DNA of 63,363 nt, filler included, from Olpidium bornovanus S191 (GCA_017911155.1; 21 parts of 21 records of this genome joined end to end with filler, not necessarily neighbours in it), one strand, 5' to 3'; positions 23,388-35,434 are shown, counted from the first letter of the whole stretch. Notes: generated by a model from the sequence alone, not told the origin. A program made the numbers and translations.

Positions 23388-24432
23388 ATGGTGCGTACCA
23401 TCCCGCCGTCCGTCGCCTCCGTCCTCTCGCGCCCCGCTTCGCGTCGCCCCGCCTCGCGTCGCCTCCGCCGTCGCCGAAGCGCAGGGGTGCCGCCACGCCT
23501 CGCGCCCCTGAGCGCTTTGCGGCGTGAGCGCTTTGCGGTGTGGCCGGCGGACCTCCGGCGGTTTCACCGGGCCCGCATGACCAAACAAAAAAACGGGAAA
23601 TTCTGTTTGGCCGCGCACCTCGACCTGGGTGAAGGAGGGCTGCGGTTGCGCGCCTTCTGCACTCCCGCCGTTTCCGTCGCGTCGGGACATGGCGGTGGTG
23701 CGGGTGTGCCGCCCGGTGGTGACGCCCCGGCCCGAACTTCCCGCAGGGGGTAGAGGGGAGGCGAGGGGAGGTTGACCGCAATCGACGACTCTGTGCCGTG
23801 GCTGTGCCTTGGCTTTTGTGCTGACGAAAGTGGCTCCCCGCGGCTCCGCGACCGCTCCCAAACGTGCCGCACGCGTCTCAGCCGTTCGTCAAAGAAGTCA
23901 AGAACAAGGCGTACTTCAAGCGGTTCCAGGTCAAGTACCGCCGTCGCCGTGGTACGTGAGCAAACAGACACTCTCTCTAATATTTGCGCTCGGGGAGGAG
24001 CGCAAAGCGGGTGGCGCTTTTTGGAACCCGCGTTCGGTGATGATTTCGTGAAAGGGTATAGTTCATCCGAAGAAAAGCCGTGTGGATCGAACAAAAAAAT
24101 GTCTTTCGCCCCTGTCTGAGATACGGTGGTGGACCGCGCGCGATGTTTTTGCTGAGCGCGCGAGCGGATACTGACAAAAGGCCCCGTGCAACCGGCGAAA
24201 TTTTGTCTACTTTCCGCAGAGGGCAAGACCGATTACTACGCGCGCAAGCGTCTCGTTGTCCAGGCCAAGAACAAGTACAACTCCCCCAAGTACCGCTTGG
24301 TCGTTCGGTTTACGAACACGGATATTATCTGCCAGATAGTGTACGCCAAGATCCAAGGAGATTTTGTCCTTTGCGCGGCCTACTCGCACGAGCTGCCCAG
24401 ATATGGGATCAAGTTTGGCCTTACAAACTGGG
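23388..24432 (+). CDS. RPL5: 60S ribosomal protein L5 (uL18), 3' partial; exons 23388-23390, 23882-23951, 24220 to >24432
   Basis: ATG|GTGCGT donor; [23 protein letters not shown]|[33 protein letters not shown]. Confidence 0.97.
24037..24119 (+). ncRNA. Box C/D double-guide snoRNA, snR60/SNORD80-like, in RPL5 intron 2
   Basis: Box C GTGATGA at 24037-24043. Guide GGTATAGTTCA plus D' CCGA (24067-24070) pairs with LSU rRNA UGAACUAUGCC. Guide GTCTTTCGCCCCT plus D CTGA (24116-24119) pairs with LSU AGGGGCGAAAGAC. Confidence 0.88.
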
Positions 24433-25399
24433 NNNNNNNNNNNNNNNNNNNNNNNNNNNNNNNNNNNNNNNNNNNNTTAATTAATTAANNNNNNNNNNNN
24501 NNNNNNNNNNNNNNNNNNNNNNNNNNNNNNNNCATGCGAGCGACCGCCGAAGACGGCGTGGACCGCGACGAAGAGATCCGTGACCTCGTCGCTCGGATGC
24601 TGGCCGCCGGTGGTATTTGCCGTTTTGGGGACCACGCAGGGCAGGCGGACGAACCTGGGGAGGATGAGGCAGAACACGAGCAGCAGCGGCGGAGTTCGTT
24701 CGCTGACCGGTGAGAGGGCCGGGACAGGAGCGGTTCGTTTCTGTGCCTTATTTTTTCCCTTTCCTTTTTGTTTTTAAAATTGTTTTTTCGCTGTGCGATG
24801 AGGGCTGCTCTTCCCCGAACGGCGAAGATCGCTCGCTTTGCATTCGTTTCGCGAGCGGTTCAAAGTGTACGAATTTACGATTACGCGGCCGCCCAACACA
24901 TCCTGTATCCTTGCCGTTTTCTATTTTCTTGGGGGCGTTCCCCCCCCACCCCCCCCCACCTCTGACTGTGTGCTTCGCTTCCCTTGTGCCGTGCCGAAAC
25001 GGGTGGAACCGTTTGCGCCGTTTTTCCGAGGCAAAGCGTTCTTTTTACCGTTGTATATTATGCCCTTGGTATTGTGGTTGCTAGCGGCACCTGAGCAACC
25101 CCCGATCATCCTGTGTAGTGATCAGAATTGGCCGCCCCCCTACTCCTGCCCCGGCCAGGATTCACCCCTGCCCGTCCACGTGGATCGCAGGCGCGATTTA
25201 CCCGGCCGAACGTTACGTCGCCGACCGGGTAGACGCGGGAAACGGGCCTGCCCTTTGCGGACGAAAGCAGGAAGCACGCGATGCCGCGCGCACTGCCCGT
25301 GCGGTATGCACACGCGCACACGCACGCTCACGCACACGCACACGCACACGCACACACGCGGCAGTCGGACCACCGCTAGATCGCGATATTGGCGTGACG

Positions 25400-26006
25400 T
25401 TTGCGCCTGGTCGAACCGTACCACAAGCATCTCTCGGAACTTGGTGAATTTGATCCTGTCCAGCGGTTTGGTAAAAATGTCTGCGGGATTCTCAGCCGAC
25501 ATGACTCGTCGAATTTCGATGGTACCTTCGGCGACGCTCCATCGGAGGTGATGGAATTTTATCTCTGTGTTTTGACCGGCGTGTTGCCTTGGCATTGGAC
25601 GCGAGTTCGGCAGCACTATCGTTGTCCATTCTGATACTCGTCGGACAAGCAGTCACTTGGGGGTCCATCTCATGTAGAACTTGGCCTCGCAGGACGATGT
25701 CGCGATACATGGTTGTTGCGAGGACCTCCAAGCTACTGGTCCTCCGTTGTATAGTATCAACATCCCGGTAGTTGAGGCTCGGGTTTCTTGACAACTGGCC
25801 CAATCTGCGTCGCTGAACGCTTCTAATCTTGCTCCTTTTGGGCCTCTATTGAATTTGATTCCATGTGCCATGGTCCCTTTCAGGTATCGCATGATCCTTT
25901 TGACGGCTCCCCAATGGCATTCGTTTGGCTTCGCCATGAAGCGCGCCAAGAAGGATGTGGACAATGTGATGTCTGGTCGTGTCTGTCGCTCTACGTCGTA
26001 TATATA
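25400..26006 (-). mobile_element. Ty1/copia RT C-terminus and RNase H remnant, frameshifted
   Basis: TRPDI, HWGAVKRIMRYLKGT, AFSDADWA, VAWRSSQQ..IATSSCEA, MDNDSA, RSKH, NPADIFTKPL. Confidence 0.93.
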
Positions 26007-27201
26007 TGGTAGAATTTTACGAGCTCGAATAAAACGCCACCGGGCGGAATTCCCAAACACCGTTAGGGATAGCCGCTACTCCTAACGGTACGAAACGTCG
26101 ATATCGAGAGTATCCGAACGTGGGCGAGGTTTTTATTGAGATTGGAGGTCTCCGTCGCGATTTTTGTGGTATCCGGAGAGGTGTTTAATCAGCGCGTTTC
26201 GCACCTTGCAAGGACCTGGTCGTGCTATCCAAGTACTCTTCAGGCCCAGAACAGCCCATTTCTGAGGAGTCTCCATGAATTCCCAAAAAAAAGGTTATGA
26301 GCCCAACGCGGACGGCGCCCTGCCCGTGAACGCTCCTGAAGAGCCTTTCTCTGCGCTCCCGAAGAGCGCAACCATCTCCTCTTTCCTCCTTGCGCTCCCG
26401 AAGGCGCAGCAACCGTCTTTCGCGCGCCCGCCGCCTCCGCCGCCGCGCGCTCGCCCCCGCCGCCGCGCGCCCGCCGCCGCGCAACGTCTGCGCCGCCGCG
26501 CAACCGCCATCTCTGCGTCGCCGCGCAACCGCCATCTCTGCGCCGCCGCGCAACGTCTGCGCCGCCGCGCAACGTCTGCGCCGCCGCGCAACCGACATCC
26601 CCTCTGCGCCGCCGCGCACCCCTGCGCAGCCGCGCACCTCTGCGCCGCCTCGCGCCGGCACACCGCCTTCTGCGCCGCCGCGTGCCTGCCGTCGCCGCCG
26701 TCGCGCGCCCGCCGCGCAACCGCCATTCGTTCCGTCGCCCGCCCGCGACAACGCCCTTACGGCAAGACAGAGGACGGCCCCGTCCTTCGGCTTCCAACTC
26801 GCGCCACACGCCAGCTGCGTGACCACCATGACCTGAGACGAAGCTCCTTCCGAAGCCGCCGCTGCGGCACGCCGAGCCCCACCTACCGTCTGTACTGGAG
26901 CGGAGGTGAGTGCCACTCCGTTGACTACGCACCTCTTTGCTGAGGCCGGCCGCGCCGGAGAGAACAAAAAACAAAACAACGCGCCGGAAGGCGCAGCAAG
27001 GAGAGGCACCGCCTCTGCGGTTGCCACAGAGAGTGACCGCGCTGCCATGCTCGAAGCACGATTAGAGGCATTAACCAGAAAACGAGAGGAAGAGAAAAAG
27101 GAAGCACGCATGCAGCTTGAAGAGCAGCGCGTGCATATAAACCAGCTCACCTCCATGTTCCAGCAGTTTTTGTCCGCGCAACAGACACAGTCACAGGTAC
27201 A
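26007..27201 (+). mobile_element. LTR retroelement C, 5' end: LTR (about 26007-26292), PBS (26293-26304), GC-rich leader, start of a gag-like coiled-coil ORF (26906 to >27201)
   Basis: GGTTATGAGCCC followed by the GGCGCCCTGCCCGTGA motif shared with element D. It interrupts the copia RT frame. LTR limits are approximate. Confidence 0.7.
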
Positions 27202-28346
27202 NNNNNNNNNNNNNNNNNNNNNNNNNNNNNNNNNNNNNNNNNNNNTTAATTAATTAANNNNNNNNNNNNNNNNNNNNNNNNNNNNNNNNNNNNNNNNNNN
27301 NAGGCGGCGTTCAGTTTGCGAAGGGAAAGGTGGTTATCTGGCTGGCCCGTTCCCCTGGTGTTCCTACGTGTTTCAAATCAGTAGTTATGGTCGGTGAATG
27401 CGACTGTGATTACCAGCCATGCAGGCGGCCTGCGGAGGCAGCAAAGCGCTGCCGACGGATCGTCATTTTCGTGTCCTCCCGCATCGCGGGGCGCCGTCGC
27501 CTGCGTTCGTAGGATCACTGAAATTTGCCGTTTTGCTTCGAGCAAACCTGATTTCGACGCACGCCGGCGGCGTGTCTTGTCTCAGCTCGTCTTTTTTCCC
27601 CCCCCCCCTCCCCCCCACCCACCCTCTCTGCCCCCACCCCCATGCCGAGATCGCGAAAGGACGGCGCCCCAAAGAAAAGAAAAGAAACGACCCGCGCTCG
27701 TGGTATACGCGGCGCAGTTTTTCTCGAGGTCTCCTCTGCGCTTGCGCTCACGATTTTATGTCTCTCGTCTCGCCCAGCTCCGACAATTTTTTTTTATGGG
27801 ATCGTGATCGTGGCGGGACGGCAGGCCCTGTTGGCGTAAGTAAGCACAGGTTCCACCGGCCGTACAACTTGCCGTGATCAGGTCGCGATTCCGATTCGGT
27901 AAAGATCTTGCTTGCCGCGCGCGACCAATCGTGAACTGTGCGATTGTACAACGTTTCCAGGTTGCACGTGGCGGCTACAGACATCATCGCATTTGCCTGG
28001 TCTTCCGTCATACCGAGATAACAAATAAGCACAAGGTCGCGCGTCCGTTCTTTTACTTTTGCAGGTGTGCCTGACATGCGATTTGGTTTACACGCGGTTG
28101 TGAGTAAAGCTGCCTGCTTGCTCACTCCAATCTTTGAGGCACGGCACTACGACACTGCCTGTTTGGACACGGGCCTTACCAATATCCACGGTTTCCCGCC
28201 GGAGGGCCAGAAGTCAACGCGAAGAGGCTGTTCTCCCCCCCTCCCTCTCTCTCTCTTCCTCTCCCTCGCAGACGCTCCCTCACCCCTCTTTCTTTCTCCC
28301 GAGTGCGAACGACGACGCGAGTCAGCGGGGAGTTGATGGCGGGGAG

Positions 28347-28356
28347 GTCACGTGAC
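28347..28356. promoter_or_regulatory. GTCACGTGAC palindromic E-box (Cbf1/USF-type bHLH site)
   Basis: Perfect 10-mer, also at 1687, 32425 and 36192; the core TCACGTGA also occurs at 16095 and 36052. Confidence 0.5.
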
Positions 28357-29446
28357 AAGGGGGCGTCGCAAAGCGCTCATCCGCCGAGGTTTTGGCTGCG
28401 ATAGAGACGACGCCGCCGCAAACGCCCACCGGCCCAACCCGCAGGACGGCGAGGACGAGGAGGCAGGCGAGGACGAGGAGGCAGGCGGGAGGGAGAAAGA
28501 CGGCGATGGCGAAGGCGGCGACCGCGGCCGCCACGGGCGGAGGAGATTCTTGTTGGCGGGACGTCTTTGGCCGCTTTGTCCGGGAAAGCCTCACCCGAGG
28601 TTCTGTCGCAGCGGCTTCGCAGAGAAGAAAGTGTTTGCCGCACGGCTGGTTCGAGAGACCTGGGTTTTCGCGGTGGCCTCAGCACGACGGCGCCAGACCG
28701 TTTCGAGTTTGCGGACTGGATCCCGCCGCCGCACACAGCCAGCCGCTCCTTTGGGCGCCGCAGCGACAAGCGCCGCAGTTATTTTTAAGTTTCAAGGCAG
28801 TCCCGGCCAACTGCTAACTGTGGAGCTAACGAACCTCCATACGCTAACAAACTTCCGAACGGAAGGGAAGTGTTTGAGCTGGAGTCAAGGCCAGAACCGT
28901 CGTTGGTGCCTTTTGAGAGGGGGGGGGGGAAGCCATTTCTGCGAAAGGAAACGGCGGTCACTGGAAATCGAGACGGCTTCTTCACACGAAAACGGCCGGG
29001 GCCCGAGATGTCCGTGAGCGCTCGCGACAGGTCTCTGATCGCGGTCCCCGGCGTACGTTTTTTTGTGGGAGAGGGGGTTGCCGCCGGATACCTTTTTGTT
29101 TTTTTCCAAGTTTTCAAGGCGGCGGGCGTACCAGTTTTTTTTGTTTTGCCGCCGCCGTACTGCTTATTTCCCTTTGTTTTTCTTGTGCGGCCGCTGGCGC
29201 ACCTTTCCTTTTCTTGGCGGCGCATCTGGATTTTTTTTTCGCGGCTGCCAATGTACTACGGGCCGCGCATCTTGCGCCGGCGACATACATTTATCTCTTA
29301 AAACATGNNNNNNNNNNNNNNNNNNNNNNNNNNNNNNNNNNNNNNNNNNNNTTAATTAATTAANNNNNNNNNNNNNNNNNNNNNNNNNNNNNNNNNNNNN
29401 NNNNNNNGAAGAGAGGGCACGATCCGAATCCGCAGCCCCCTTTTTT

Positions 29447-29485
<39 letters not shown>

Positions 29486-30000
29486 TTGGCCGCCCACGGA
29501 GAGAGCCGACGGCCGCGCACGGAGACGTTTGCGGGGAGCCGTCAGCCGCCGGGCACGGCGGCAGCCGTCGGCCCGCTCGCCATCAGTTCATCGCTGGCGC
29601 ACGCCCTTCTCCCACACACACACCCCCCCCCCCTCCTTCCCCCGCGTGGGACGGACGAGAGGATCACGCGGGCGTAAAAATGGCGACTGTCGACAGTTCT
29701 ACGAGGGCGGTGCGTTCGAAAGAGAGCCGATCACGTGCCGGAAATTGGGCATTCTGACGTGAAGAGAGGGCACGATCCGAATCCGCAGCCCCCTTTTTTT
29801 GTCCTTATCTCGTGTGAGATCTGGGGGCGCGAGCGAAGCGGGCGAAAACAGGTTTTCCGCTGCACTAAAAGCGGGGGGAGGGAAGGAGGGGGGTGGGCGG
29901 GGGGGTGTTCCCGGGATTCGTGTTGTATGGGGGGTGGGTGGGGGGAAATAATGGATGCGTTCCTAAGTCCAATTTGAAATCGCCGAAATTTTGGTCTGGG

Positions 30001-30390
30001 AACATATAAATATTATCAATAAATATATTATTACTAATACATATAATTAATAACTTAGTACCTATACTAAATATACTATGTAAATATCTATATAATAGTA
30101 AATACAATACTATATATAATTATATAACAATGCTATATATTAGTATATAATGAAATACTTTACACTATAAATATCCGAAGCTTAGGTTCAAATCTTAGGT
30201 TAAAGTATACTCTAGGAGTATAAAATACTTATGCAATAGCTACACTAAACTAATCAAATATTAGTAGCAGCAAATCGTATAGTATAATACATATTCATTT
30301 CTATTTAGTATAGTAGACAAGATACTACTTATAGGTATGGTAGTTAGTTTTGCACTAACCTTAATCAGTTCGAGTCTGATGTTATTAAGG
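30001..30390. other. Sharply bounded AT-rich, TpA-rich island in GC-rich context
   Basis: Dense TATA/TAGTA/TACTA words with abrupt transitions near 29990-30000 and 30390. Confidence 0.95.
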
Positions 30391-30706
30391 CAGCGGACAT
30401 CGACTTTTTGCAGCCGAAGGAAGACCCGGAGGGAAGGCGGGGGGGGGAAGGGGGGCAACGCAGCGTGCCCGAGGCTTTCTGTCTCTGCTCCAGATTCCCG
30501 GATATTATAATCCTCCGAAAGCGTCCGCGGGGCTCGGCCTTACTTCCCTTTTCGCCTTTCATTTTCTTTCCCCGCAGCGGACGGGCGGCGGTGAAACCCG
30601 GGGTCAGGCACCCCTCCCCCCACAACTTGCCCAGTCCCTCCCGTCGCATGCCTTATGTTTCAATATTATGTGCTTACGTTTGTCTTTGATTATAACGTCG
30701 CCGGTA

Positions 30707-30791
30707 GACGACATGGCCGAGTGGTTTATAAGGCGCTGGCCTTGAAAGCCAGTTCCCTCTGGGAGCGCAGGTTCGAATCCTGCTGTCGTCG
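30707..30791 (+). tRNA. tRNA-Ser(UGA), intronless, long variable arm
   Basis: Acceptor stem GACGACA/TGTCGTC with discriminator G; anticodon arm CTGGC-CTTGAAA-GCCAG; T arm GCAGG-TTCGAAT-CCTGC; T-run terminator at about 30795-30805. Confidence 0.96.
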
Positions 30792-30805
30792 CACTTTCTT
30801 TTTTT

Positions 30806-30832
30806 GGGAGCGCAGGTTTGAATCCTGCTATC
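30806..30832 (+). repeat. Diverged tandem copy of the tRNA-Ser 3' half (45-bp offset), cut by the contig end
   Basis: GGGAGCGCAGGTTTGAATCCTGCTATC versus GGGAGCGCAGGTTCGAATCCTGCTGTC at 30761. Confidence 0.85.
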
Positions 30833-30932
30833 NNNNNNNNNNNNNNNNNNNNNNNNNNNNNNNNNNNNNNNNNNNNTTAATTAATTAANNNNNNNNNNNN
30901 NNNNNNNNNNNNNNNNNNNNNNNNNNNNNNNN

Positions 30933-32073
30933 CATGCCCAAGGACGTAGTCTGACAAGGTGAAAACAGCATTCTCGGTGCGGATTGCGTCAGTAAGCTCC
31001 TCAATTTTCTTGCTAACCACCGACGTCTGGGCGATTTCGGCAAGTTTGGACGGGCTCAAATCGCTCATGGATGGCAGCCCGGAGGTGTCGGGCATATTGC
31101 GACAGAGCAGAAATGTCAACTCCTCAACCAGCTCCGACACGGGACCTGGCGCGTGTGACCTCGTGGCCGGCTGCGGCATCTGGCCTGGTTGCCTGGCAGA
31201 AGCTTCTGCGGAGTCAAAACCTGCCTGGCCTTCTTCAGCTGCCGAGGGCTGCGGCTTTCGCGTTTGCCGCACGAGTTGGGCAGGCGCTGCTGCGGCTTTT
31301 TCCCGGATGGCAGCAACGAGCTCGTCCACTTTCTCTTTCACACTAGCTAACGGCGAGGCCGCCGCGTCTTCCTCCCCTGCCTTTCGCGGGGTTCGCGCTG
31401 CGCTCTGATTTGAATGCAATCCGAACGGTTCTTCGCAAGTGGTTCCAGTCGTTTTCCGCGCCTCTCGAGGCGTTGCTTCGGCGTCGGCCTCGCTGCCCGT
31501 CGAGGGAAATACGTCCGCGGAGGCCAAAAGGGACGCAACTGGCTCGAGCAACCACGAACCATTCACAAAGCTCCACGTGTACTGTTTCAGGCTATCGACC
31601 GTCGAGCCCTCGTCCTCGTCCGGCGGATGTCCCGCCGCCTTCTTCGCGGTTGCCCCTGTGTCCGGTTGCGCACCCGTGGAGCCCCGGCTTGCGGTCTCGG
31701 TCGAATGGCTTTTGGCCTCGCAGGCCACCGCCGCGGGGCGGAAAAAGGACGGCCCACCGAAGACCCTGGTTGCATCGCGGGTTGTCGCGACGGAAGCGGC
31801 GCCCGCCAGGAGGGCGAGCGCGGAAGAAGCCCCCGCGGCCGCTGCGAGGCATCGGGCGCCGTTCGCCCCCGAACGGTGCTGCTGCGGGCGCGCGCAGCGC
31901 GGCAGGCCGGAGCAGGGCGGAAGCTTTCCCGGCGACGGACGACGCGACTGGCAGCGCGGCCGGGGCTCAACGGTCGGGCGCGGGACCGCAGCAGCAGCCT
32001 GCACCCGTCCCCACGCAGCGGGCGGCGGTCGAGGTCTCCGCGAAGGAACGGCCGGGACGACGGGCAGCCTCAT
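30933..32073 (-). CDS. Hypothetical protein, N-terminal part; R/P/A-rich N-terminus and short hydrophobic segment (possibly mitochondrial)
   Basis: Long open frame running into the gap, with a GTCACGTGAC upstream at 32425. No family recognised. Confidence 0.5.
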
Positions 32074-32941
32074 CGTCCTAAACGGGCGGGATCCGCCGGA
32101 CGTGGCACGGGAGAAGCGCCGGACGTGGCACTGGGAGAAGCGCCGGACCGCAGGGCCACGGTGCTGCGAAGACACACACACACCGGGGCCCTGCGGCTCG
32201 CACCAACACGAACGTCAACGTGAAGAAGAAGGGGGGAAGGGGGTGCCGGAAGGGAGGAGGAGGCGAGGAGAGAAGGACGGGGTTTCCAAAAGGGCTCTTT
32301 TTTTGGGGGGGGGGGGAATTCCCTGCGTCGCGTTGTACTCTCTCTCTCTCTCTCTTTCTCTTTCTCTCGATAAGAAAAGCGGGATGAGAGGATGCGGAGG
32401 ATGAGAAAGAGGGAGAAATTGAAAGTCACGTGACCAGCGCGATTACTTTTTGGAACGCTGCCGGCGGGCGGTAAGGGAAATCCCCCCGCTTTCGCTTGTG
32501 CGACAACCCCAATACTCCCCGCGCACTCCCCGCCACGCGAAATAAAAAGAAGAGCTCTCTGGCTCTCTTCCAGCCAGAGAGCTCCGTGCTAAAAGTACTA
32601 AAAAAAAGGTTGTAAGTTCACGGGCCCGCAAGATGCGAAGATGTCGTACGTAATAACCATAGGCGAAATGTTGCTTGTAAATACAGAGAGCGCTGGCAAT
32701 ACGTTGCGTTTTTGAGACGAGGTGGTATCGCGAATAAACAAAACAAAAACGGGAGTGAAACGAGGAAACGGCGGTGACGGGACGAGTGCGTCGGGCGGAT
32801 TTCGAACCGGCGGCGAGTTCATTTTCCGAAACTCGAAAACGACGCAAACCTGCCCCGCGGTCGACCGGAGATGCGCTGGTGAGCGTCGTCAAGGATTTCT
32901 CACAAGAAGAGCAAAGACCAATTCCGCCCGCAAAAATAAAC

Positions 32942-33422
32942 TCACGCGTCGGTCCCCTGATTTGTCGGGCGCCCCGGGGCAATTGACCCGCCGGAGGAGC
33001 CCTGCTGCGAGCCGGCGTTGTTGGCCAACGGGTTGGCCTGCGGATGGAAGGATGCGGAGCCGTAACCACCTCCGTCTTGGTACGTCGAGCCGGGCGCCCC
33101 GCCCCCGCCGGTGACGTACGCACCGTATTGTGATTGCGGCTGAGATCCCTGGCTAATTTGCTGCGGATAGCCCGTCCCGGAGAAGTACTGATCCCGAGGG
33201 GGCTGCTGCACCTGCTGATTCTGTTGGCTCGGATTGTACTGGGCCTGGTACGGGAGCTGCTGAAATTGTTGCTGTCCTTGCTGATTGTCTTGTTGCGGGT
33301 AAAACAACGGCAGTCCCTGTTGCTGCTGCTGTTGCTGCTGGGGCTGCGTCCCGAAACTGTTGAACTGCAGCTGGGGATTCGCGTTCGCCTGCTGCGGAGG
33401 TTGCGCGCCGTAGAGGGACATG
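32942..33422 (-). CDS. Q/G/Y/N-rich low-complexity coding exon of an unidentified protein (5' end at the gap)
   Basis: QPQQQQQQQQGLPLFYPQQDNQQGQQQFQQLPYQAQYN..., with coherent CAG/CAA codon use. Confidence 0.65.
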
Positions 33423-33588
33423 NNNNNNNNNNNNNNNNNNNNNNNNNNNNNNNNNNNNNNNNNNNNTTAATTAATTAANNNNNNNNNNNNNNNNNNNNNN
33501 NNNNNNNNNNNNNNNNNNNNNNGATCCCCCTTTTGGATTTTTTTTTCTTTTTTTTCCTCCCTTTGCTGTTAACTCCGATTCGCCCGGA

Positions 33589-33658
<70 letters not shown>

Positions 33659-35434
33659 CACGTTTTTCTCGGCCTTTTTTTCTTCCGCCTGCGCTCACGT
33701 CGTTGAAGACTGCAGGGAAGACCTGGACGTTTCGCCACGCCGAGTTGTGTGGGAAGGGGGAGAGAATGTTTGCCCGAAGGGTGCGCGTGAGAGCGCAAAT
33801 TTTCTTTTTTTTTGTGTGAGCAAAACGAGGGCGAATTCCGAGAAAAAATTCTCCGCCTTGGCAACCGGCCGACGAACCCCCCCCCCCCCCCCCCCCCCAC
33901 CCCCCCCCCCCCCCCCCCCACGCGAAACGCGCGCCCGAAACGCAACCAAACCCACACCAGGGAGCATAGTGGCCGGCCGACCGGGCGGCTCCCTCCGCCG
34001 CAAGCTTCTGTCCTCCCCCCCACCCCGACCGCCTCCTCCTCCTCTGCTTCTGTTTGCGGGAATACTATTAACGGTTTGCAACGCAGACAGAAACATCGAT
34101 AATCCGCGAAACTCGACTACCCCCCCTTTCCCACCCCTCCCGCACTCACCGTCCACTGTTTATTTCCCGGCGTCCCAAAAACGATCGGAACGCGATTTCG
34201 CGTCGTCCGGCCACGTCCGTGCGCCCCGGCAACCCCCCACCCTCCCCCCACCCTCCCATCCCCTTCCGGTCGGGGTGGACGATGCGCTGCCGGCTGCCTC
34301 GAGGAGAAGGAAGGAGATAAAGCGAGTTTGCATAAACCAAAACACGGGCGAACGTGTTATGCCGCCTCCGCCGTTCTAAAAGACGCCTCTTGGCCCTAGA
34401 AGACTGTGTGAACGGCACCACGGACTGCAAATTGCCCGTCGTTCGTCCAGCTCCCACTTTTCCCCACCCCCCGCCCTCCGCGTGATCTCACCAACTTCAC
34501 CATTCATGTCAAGCTACGAGGTGATTCGCGCACACGCCAGGCCGCACACGCCAGGCCGAGAGCACTCCTGCCGTTGAAAGCAGCGCTCGCTCTCCTTCAA
34601 GCAGAAGTTTGCTTCCTGCTTAATTCAGGCCCCACGGTTCTGCGTGCCCTGTTCACGTCGTTCTGGGAGGAAAGGTCTCGTATTCTCCGTCTGGAAGGAG
34701 TCGTACCCTCAGTCTGGAGCGCCTCTCCTACCTCCACCCTTTGTTCGGGGAACAAGCCCCCATCCGTCTCTCTGGATCCCAATGGTCATCCCTTCACATA
34801 CTGACTTAATACGCTTTTTCCTTTCCACAACGCCAAGGTTCTTTTCTTTCCGCCCAACACAACCTAAAGGACTCAGCCGGTCTGACCGAACCGCCCGTCG
34901 TCACGTACACCATGTAGGACCATTCCAAACATGTTTTAAGCGTGAACGTGACTCCTGACATGGAACCCTTGGTTCTTAGCGGGGGCTGACCGGGCCTGAA
35001 TGGTCTTGGAATCCCTTTGAAGCCCTTGAAAAGGCCCTTTAAACGAACCAGGAGGGGTTTTGGTCTGGTCACCCTGTGAGGAGCAATTACAGTTCAAAGT
35101 CGGCCTCCATGTAAGCGGGAAACACGCTGACCAAGGCCGCCGCTGACCATGGCCGTCCTTGCCCCCACCACCCGCTTCCTTCCTCCTTGCCCCGTTAAAG
35201 GCAACGTATGCAACGCGCTCCCCGTCTTCCTCCCTTCGCTCCTCCTTTCTTCTATGGTCATGCGACCATGCCGACCATGGCGGCGTGTAGCGCGTTGTCA
35301 CCCGGCGAACGCAGTTCCTGGCTTGCAGTCTTTGTCACTTGACTGGGAAAGACCCGAACCAGGTGGTTTTGTGCTCATTTTGAAGGCCCTTTACGTGGCC
35401 TTTCAAACCATTAGAACCAGCCTGGTTCGGTGCC

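Noticed and set aside
29408-29800. 40-bp perfect direct repeat (29408 and 29761) as an LTR pair or SINE boundary
   Set aside because: The first copy starts exactly at the contig edge and runs into poly-C; no TG..CA ends, PBS or convincing A/B boxes; probably an assembly echo.
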